Assembly (NCBI RefSeq): GCF_006345805.1
Contig: NC_042998.1
Coordinates: 148,118,001-148,182,000, forward strand
DNA length: 64,000 nucleotides
Source of the DNA: Octopus sinensis
Lineage: Eukaryota
Direction: 5' to 3'
In this document: positions 56,171-64,000 of the stretch, piece by piece
Layout of the letters: each line of letters opens with the position of its first letter
Numbering within the stretch: position 1 is the stretch's first letter
Position numbers and translations under genes: made by a program
Notes under the pieces: generated by a model
Told to the model about the DNA's origin: nothing
The model's input: the letters and a program-made list of their open reading frames with translations, nothing else
Databases searched by the model: none

Positions 56171-56962
56171 TATATATACACAAACACACATGCATACACC
56201 AGATCAAAATACACATTCTTCCAGACAAACACGCGCACATTAATACATTCGCATCCCATATCAAGAATGTACATACGTCTACCAATCATCCATATGCATA
56301 CACACCCATATATGTATCCTAAACACGTTCGCACATGCAAGCATATACAGCAGGCACTAACATACACGTATTCGAACTCATACATACACACCCACAAGGA
56401 CATACACGCAGACACTCTCTTACAACCAATAGCACACGCAGCTGATACAACGGATACATATACCTACATATTTGCACACGCTTTTACTCACAGACGGCTG
56501 ATACGCACCCGCACCTATATGTATGCACACGCAAAGCTCACGCACACGTATAAATATCAGATACGCACATCAACGCATTCAGACATCCAGTACATACACA
56601 CACACACACGGAGCCTCGCCGGCCACCAAGTCCTTACAGAGGCTGGCTAAACACCAAGACATCACCGGCTTCCTGTCCAGCCACGCAGACCAAGAAATTA
56701 TCCTTTTTAATGCATCTGGTGTCAGTGACATGCCGTTGTCACTTCTAACAACACCATTTAACCTACCTTAACCAATAGTAGCCCAGTTTCCAATAGGCAT
56801 TTTGGACTTCCTTTCTCTCTTATTCACCTAACTGAGTCTGAATGACCTAGTTCTCATGGAACCGAATCAAACTGTTTTAAATAATATATGTAATTCCTAT
56901 TAATGTGTTGTGTGTTTTTTTTTTTCGTTTCGTTTCTTTGGACAGGGTAAGAGGCGCTGCAA

Positions 56963-57432
56963 GCTGATATAGGTGTATTCATACCATTTGTCTAAAATGA
57001 GAAATTTTCTCCATGACAAAACACAGTGAATGGCTTGCTTACGGGTTCGAAAGTGCAACAAGCATATTTGAACTGGAAATAATATTGCATTTATACATAT
57101 CAGTGATTAGCGCTCCCACTCCGTAATTTGTTTACGATGAGCCATCTATTGGCGCTACCAGTCATCGTACGATGACTGGAATAGCATAAGGGAGACAATC
57201 TCTCTTGCCAGCTCGCAGCGCATCCTGTTCGGTTTCTGTGACTGAAGAAGAGATAACCACTCCGAAATGCTAGCATCTCACAGTCTGGTTATGTAGTGTT
57301 ATGAGCTGATTTAGGTGTATTGACACCGTTTGTCTACGGCGAGAAATTTTCTCGATAACAAAATATAGTGAATGGCCTGCTTACTGGTTCGAATGTGCTT
57401 CAAGCATATTTGAACTGGTAATAATATTGCAT
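56963..57432 (+). mobile_element. Retrozyme/pLTR-like repeat: 342-bp period, ~1.4 copies, containing a hammerhead
   Basis: 128-bp diverged direct repeats at 56963-57090 and 57305-57432. Confidence 0.7.
57236..57283 (+). ncRNA. Type I hammerhead ribozyme
   Basis: CTGTGA-CTGAAGA-A-GAG-ATAACCA-CTC-C-GAAA-TGCTAGCA-TC-TCACAG: 6-bp stem I, palindromic stem III ATGCTAGCAT, AUC site; predicted cleavage after 57277. Confidence 0.85.
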
Positions 57433-57590
57433 AGGAGTGGCTCTGTAGTAGGTAGCTTGCTTACCAACCACATGATTCTGAGTTCAGTCCCACTGCGTGG
57501 CACCTTGGGCAAGTGTCATCTATAGCTTCGGTCCACTCAAAGCCTTGTGAGTGGATTTGGTAAACGGAAACTGAAAGAAGCTTGTCCTGT
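57433..57590 (+). mobile_element. SINE family A head
   Basis: AGGAGTGGCT...GAGTTCAGTCCCACTGCGTGGCACCTTGGGCAAG...GGAAACTGAAAGAAGC. Confidence 0.8.
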
Positions 57591-57596
57591 ATATAT

Positions 57597-57702
<106 letters not shown>

Positions 57703-57706
57703 TATG

Positions 57707-57737
<31 letters not shown>

Positions 57738-57925
57738 TTATATAAAAGGGCTTAGTAAAATAAATTACTTTGCCGCATACTGAACTCATTAGAAATAGTA
57801 GCTAAAAAAACTTTTTTAAAACTATTTCTAATACTTAAAAAAACCTCTCTCATATAGTGTTTGCTCAATTCAACTCACGAAAGTATGGGGGTAAAGACAT
57901 TAAAAAATCAAATGCAAAGGTTATT

Positions 57926-57977
57926 TGAGAACGTACGTTTCAAGATTAGTCAACTCGACATTTCTATCATCAGCTCA
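57926..57977 (-). ncRNA. Type I hammerhead, unit copy 1
   Basis: TGAG-CTGATGA-T-AGA..GTC-GAGTT-GAC..TCT-T-GAAA-CGTACG-TT-CTCA on the minus strand. Confidence 0.75.
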
Positions 57978-58479
57978 GAACCCTTGGTTTGGATTTGAAA
58001 ACACTGAAAGTGGAGCATACCCTTTCGGCTTCTTATCGCTTCTGAAGATCTGCTCGAACTAACAGTGCCAGCAAACTCAAATATGCAAGCGAAGAATTTC
58101 TGCTCTCCCTTTCCACCAGCGTGGGTTAAAATCTCAGCAAACACTATGCTTTTTCGGTAAAATCCGAAGCATTAAATAGAGAGAGATGAATTATAATTTC
58201 AACAATTGAGGGTAAATTAATTAATTATTAATCAATTTCACCAAGTATTCAGTATGCAAAGGGACCATTTAAGGCGAATTCAAATTATTACATTATATAA
58301 AAGGGCTTAGTAAAATAATTACTTTGCCGCATACTGAACTCATTTAAATAGTAGCTAAAAAAACTTTTTTAAAACTATTTCTAATACTTAAAGAAAACCT
58401 CTCTCATATAGTGTTTGCTCAATTCAACTCACGAAAGTATGGGGGTAAAGACATTAAAAAATCAAATGCAAAGGTTATT

Positions 58480-58531
58480 TGAGAACGTACGTTTCAAGAT
58501 TAGTCAACTCGACATTTCTATCATCAGCTCA
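58480..58531 (-). ncRNA. Type I hammerhead, unit copy 2
   Basis: Identical motif 554 nt from copy 1. Confidence 0.75.
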
Positions 58532-58826
58532 GAACTCCTTGGTTTGGATTTGAAAACACTGAAAGTGGGAGCATACCCTTTCGGCTTAACCCTCAATTGT
58601 TGAAATTATAATTCATCTCTCTCTATTTAATGCTTCGGATTTTACCGAAAAAGCATAGTGTTTGCTGATTTTAACCCACGCTGGTGGAAAGGGGAGAGCA
58701 GAAATTCTTCGCTTGCATATTTGAGTTTGCTGGCACTGTTAGTTTCGAGCAGATCTTCAGAAGCGATAAGAAGCCGAAAGGGTATGCTCCCACTTTCAGT
58801 GTTTTCAAATCCAAACCAAGGAGTTC

Positions 58827-58878
58827 TGAGCTGATGATAGAAATGTCGAGTTGACTAATCTTGAAACGTACGTTCTCA
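58827..58878 (+). ncRNA. Type I hammerhead, inverted unit copy
   Basis: Identical motif on the + strand. Confidence 0.75.
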
Positions 58879-59160
58879 AATACCTTTGCATTTGATTTTT
58901 TAATGTCTTTACCCCCATACTTTCGTGAGTTGAATTGAGCAAACACTATATGAGAGAGGTTTTCTTTAAGTATTAGAAATAGTTTTAAAAAAGTTTTTTT
59001 AGCTACTATTTCTAATGAGTTCAGTATGCGACAAAGTAATTTATTTTACTAAGCCCTTTTATATAATGTAATAATTTGAATTCGCCTTAAATGGTCCCTT
59101 TGCATACTGAATATTTGGTGAAATTGATTAATAATTAATTAATTTTACCCTCAATTGTTG

Positions 59161-59270
<110 letters not shown>

Positions 59271-59286
59271 ATGTATATATATATAT

Positions 59287-59641
59287 TGGGTTGTCCGGGA
59301 AGTGCGTGCTGATTTATGGTAGCTTACCTTTCGACTTATTTTAGAACATGGTTGAGTCCATAAAATAGGATTTGGGTACACCTCCATTTAGAGCACAGTT
59401 TAAGCTATCTTCGTGGAAGAAGGTTTATGTTCCTATAACCTGTGTTAATTCTGTAACCCTTTAAAATGGAATATAAGAAAATTCCTTTTCGGCACTTGAT
59501 GCTTTGGGAACCAGACAAAAATTGATGCAACTCGGCTGGGATGTGTTACCCCACCTTCCATATTCACCAGATATTGCCCCTTCGGATTTCCACTTATGCA
59601 GGTCTCTGCAGAATAGTCTTAATGGTAAAAATTTCAATTCC
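59287..59641 (+). mobile_element. Internally deleted mariner (5' TIR plus C-terminal piece)
   Basis: TA-TTGGGTTGTCC TIR; start MEYKKIPFRHLML joined to LGWDVLPHLPYSPDIAPSDFHLCRSLQN. Confidence 0.85.
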
Positions 59642-59706
59642 AGTTGTCAAGCAGAGGGGAACGACAAAACATACAGAAAAACACCTACACAAAGATATAT
59701 ACATGC

Positions 59707-59744
<38 letters not shown>

Positions 59745-60248
59745 CTCCCCTGCATTCACCCCTCTACATATATACATATATATATATATATTATATTATA
59801 TATATATATATATATATAATACTAATGTAGGATAACATTTTTTTCGGGAAAAATTTTTTATCAATGGCCAGCATATCAAAAAAATACCTTTAAAGGTTAA
59901 ATTTATAAATAATTTACAAGATAAGGGCAAAAGAAAAATTCTAATGCCAAATATGCCGAAAAAAAGACAAGAATTGTCAATAACCATTATAATTTATGCG
60001 TCTCGAAACAAGCCGATAGAAATTTCTAAAAAATTCGTTATTACCGTATTGGTCCAATTTCGGGGTTAATTCATAAGAAATTTTCCCCTCTTCAGCGGCA
60101 AATACGCGAGATATAAGTGAAATACTTACTCATACCCTTGGGAAAAGCAAGCACTAAGTCCTGTGAAAGTCTCTAGTTCAAATCACACGTGTCTCGAGAT
60201 GTGCCGAAGATTTTTCTATTTTGGATATATTTTGGGTACTTAGGTCTG

Positions 60249-60318
<70 letters not shown>

Positions 60319-61529
60319 TTGAATGGATGTTTTTGTGTCTGTTTTTTTACCCTCCACACTGCTTGACAAACGTTGTTGCTTTGTTTACGTCCCCATAACA
60401 TAGTGGCTCGGTAAAAGTGACCGATAGCATAAGTGCCAGACTGAAACAAGTAAAAGATAGACGGTAAGAATATACATACACGTCTGTATATATATGCATG
60501 TATATGTATATGCGTCTGTATATATATATATATATATATATGTAGATCTATATGCATGTATCTATATATACATATATGCGATTTTGTATATGTAATTATG
60601 TATATATAAAACAGTTACACATCAAATACTTTTCCACAGAGTGCAATTTTTATTAACTTTTACAAGGAAAAAGTTGGTAGTGACTTCGAAGATTTGGCTT
60701 ACTTGCCGACATTAGGATGTCCGATCACAAGCATGTAAAATGTGTATGTGGTATGACATATATATATATATATATATGTGCGTGTGTGTGAGTGTGTGTG
60801 TATGTGCGCGTGCATGTAGGTACATGTGTACATACATACATACATACATACATACATACATACATACATACATACATACATACATACATGAGAAAACAAC
60901 GAATGTGATAAGAAATCATCCAGAAGCGAATTTGTGTAACAGCTTCCCAACAAATGACTGGTGTCCCTGGTCGTATTCGTCAAGGTGTTCTTTGAAACAC
61001 ATGGTTGCCTTTCTGTCACATTCACATGTTGCCTGTTCACATTGACGCGAATCGTCTGAAATATAGATTTAAATTATTTGATCGTTATACTACTGAAATT
61101 ACAACACCTGCAACATATACTACAAAAGCATTCTTATAGAAAATGGGGAAAAAATTGAGGCTGAAAACATTGACATTAGTATGAAATGCAGTGAGTAAAT
61201 TGAGTGGCAAGGTGTAAAAATAAAGAAATTTAGAATCTCTAAAAGACGCATGTAATTCGGGTATTTGATATTTTGCACTGCTGTCATTTATTTGACATTG
61301 ACTTAGGAGGTGAATTCCAGAAGTTTTGAGTTTCTTTTAGGAGAGGCAGCTATGAATAGCCTAGGTTATTGTAATTTTAGTATTTCATCACTATACATCT
61401 AATAAACTGAGCTACCAAGTTTTGTTAATCTATTTTGAAGGAGACAGCCGTAACAGCACTTTGAACATATCCTACTAAACATTGCTTATAACAGCTGACT
61501 AGTTTGCGAAAGGCAGACGTGAAGACTGT

Positions 61530-62130
61530 TACGAGCTCGCTAAGGAATAAAGTTGTGTGCTAAACGATGTAAAAACGCTACAGAAACTTATGAAATGCTC
61601 CAGTTTTCATATGGTTTCTGATTTTTGTTGGCACAAGAGACCAGGCAAAGCAAGTCCACCAGAATGCTCATGATGATCACCTTTTTTCACAAGAAGGGCA
61701 TCATCAACATCCACTGAATTTCCTCTGGTCAACAAAGAGTATTTTGTGGCGGTTTTGGAGGAGTTCAGGGGGAAATTTTGTTGTAAAAGGCCAGAGCTCC
61801 TGTACCAGGACAATGCATCAATCCTCAAACACATCCTGGTATTCAACTACTTGTGAGAGATGGGTACTAAAACTGTTCCCCATCATCCTTACAGTTCAGT
61901 CAATGCTCCCTGACTTTTGCTTGTTCCCCAAGTTGAAGAAAAAGGATGCTGTGACAAAGGTTCTGGAAACCTTCATTATGGAGGACTTCCATGGGGCCTT
62001 CATTAAATGGTTGGAAAGCTTCAATAAGTGCACTGGAGACAGCGGATCCTACTTTGAAGGAGATTAGAATTTTGTACTTCTTTGAAATTAATAAATGTCT
62101 CTTCTAAAGATATCTCAAATACTTCTGGAA
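61530..62130 (+). mobile_element. Decayed mariner fragment
   Basis: PDFCLFPKLKK...FHGAFIKWLESFNKC...GSYFEGD* (61744-62067). Confidence 0.75.
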
Positions 62131-63299
62131 AGAATCTTGTATTTGACAGTAGACGTGCTGATTTCTGCCAATCAGATAAAAATTCATGGGATGCGTGTAG
62201 AAAGGCAAGAACTTAAATACTAATGTAAATATTTATTCTTAATATGTTCAACAGCCATCATATATTCACATATAAACCTATCAGAGCGTATCTATTCAGA
62301 ATAGATACGTCATTGATATCAGTATGTTCGTATACATAACACTAAAAGAAATAAACAAAGAAAATAAGTCCAAATCTGAATTCCATTTTATAAATAATCA
62401 GTTTTTTCTCGTTTCCATCCAAATTGAAGTATTTAGAATCAGAGACATAAATGTAGGTAGTGTGTCATATAGAAAACATTTTAAGAATTGAAAATTGAAA
62501 TTTGAATTTGAATAAAAATTCAACAAAATCTAAAATTCGAACTGAAAATCCATGTAAAAACTTCAGACTAATTTTTTTGTTTTATGATTTCAATTCTTAA
62601 AAGAATTTCAATTTTAGATTTTTAATACTAATTTTATCAATTCAAATTTTCTATTATAATCTCTTTAGAGCTACAATACTCTATAAAATATATACTGTGC
62701 TTAAAATAAAAGATGGTGTTATTAAGTGAGATAATTCATGCAAATAATAATCACAAAGTTATTCAAGAGGTGTTTAAAGATAATATCCAGGGTTGATAAC
62801 CTCACTAAGTTCAAGTAACTGAAATTTTATGAAAATATGGAGAATACAATATGACATGAAAGATAATTATTAAAAAATTTAAAAAAACAACATTTTAATG
62901 TCTTGTTGGACTTCTTCAGCAATGAATATTTTAATCAATGATAAGAAAAACTAGGTCGATATGTGATCGATTTTGCTGCAGTCCAAACATTTCACTCTTA
63001 AATGGGTCATTCGATCTAACTATGAGTAGGGCTAGTTACCATATGATACAAAGAACTCAGTATTATAAGCATTAGGTATCCTGTTAAACTGATGATGATT
63101 ATGTTAAATTACAATGTTTGTTTCAACACCTGTGGATGTAGTCTGGAATGGACTCTACTATGGTAAATTAGTCCGCTTTACACCACTTGAAGACTAGCTG
63201 TGGTACGTAACCGACTCAATGATTTATGAGCCTCATTGAGTACATACATACATACATACATACATACATACATACATACATACATACATACATACAAAG

Positions 63300-63760
63300 A
63301 TGCATGCATACAGACATAAATGATATGCAGCCCAGCTTGCACTCGACTCGTGGTCGTTGCATCACTTCACGCTTTGAAGGTTTTGCATCTGCAATCCAAG
63401 AACTAGAGATTGCTACAAAATACCTAATTAACATAAGAGACATTGAAGTCCTTAAAGCCTCAAGATGAAACTGAATATGTTGATTATATCATAATTCTGT
63501 AGAAAGCATCGCATATATCCTCAACAGCTGTCCAAAGATGTCACCAAGGGTCTATCTTCCAATCTGACATGATGTAGCCAAAGCAATATACAACACAATC
63601 CAACAAAAAAAAAAGAGAAAAGAAATTACCCTGAGATAAATATGAACAATCCTTTGTTATTGAATACAAACACAAACATCAATACAGGGGATATTGGTGG
63701 AACATTCTCATCAGAACTTCTAACAAGAGCAATCATAACACTTGCTCAAAGTTCTCATTA
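63300..63760 (+). mobile_element. RLE-type LINE fragment of the (TACA)n-associated family
   Basis: EGFASAIQELEIATKY, ILNSCPKMS, HDVAKAIY, YWWNI; 5' end abuts (TACA)n at 63240-63295. Confidence 0.7.
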
Positions 63761-63859
63761 GGTATACTGGTTACTGAAAGTTTGTCTTTGTACTTGAAGC
63801 ATGACGTCAGACATACATTTTTGTGTCCAGGCTAGCTGTACATGAGTCTTAGGTATTCC

Positions 63860-63943
<84 letters not shown>

Positions 63944-63962
63944 CACACATATATATATATAT

Positions 63963-63994
<32 letters not shown>

Positions 63995-64000
63995 GGATAG

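Noticed and set aside
60180-60215. GAGA-CACGTG-TG on the minus strand, resembling the pLTR hammerhead stem III
   Set aside because: No CUGANGA upstream and multiple core mismatches.

Overview
Repeat-dense, AT-rich animal genomic DNA. Cephalopod (Octopus-like) origin is inferred from the tRNA-derived SINE families and the extreme microsatellite load. The only host gene I can support is a + strand secreted phospholipase A2. Exons 1-3 (24945-24993, 31584-31728, 34172-34296) encode the signal/propeptide, the Ca-binding loop and the His-Asp active site. They can splice in phase to either of two paralogous, intact terminal exons (37147-37289 or 48699-48847). These arose from a ~2.2-kb duplication of the last exon only, predicting 153-aa and 155-aa isoforms with different C-terminal thirds. 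The rest is transposon-derived: mariner relics, MITEs, SINEs, R4/Dong-like and Tx1/L1-like LINE fragments that abut particular microsatellites, and Penelope-like elements. The window also holds many hammerhead-ribozyme motifs from unrelated repeat families. They include a 554-nt tandem/inverted retrozyme-like array (57738-59168), a 342-nt-period retrozyme-like repeat (56963-57432), a Penelope pLTR hammerhead, and a candidate hammerhead whose three blocks occur in reversed, pseudoknotted order (10579-10640). Most ORFs in the supplied track are microsatellite artefacts. All alignments and counts were done by eye, and repeat boundaries are approximate.
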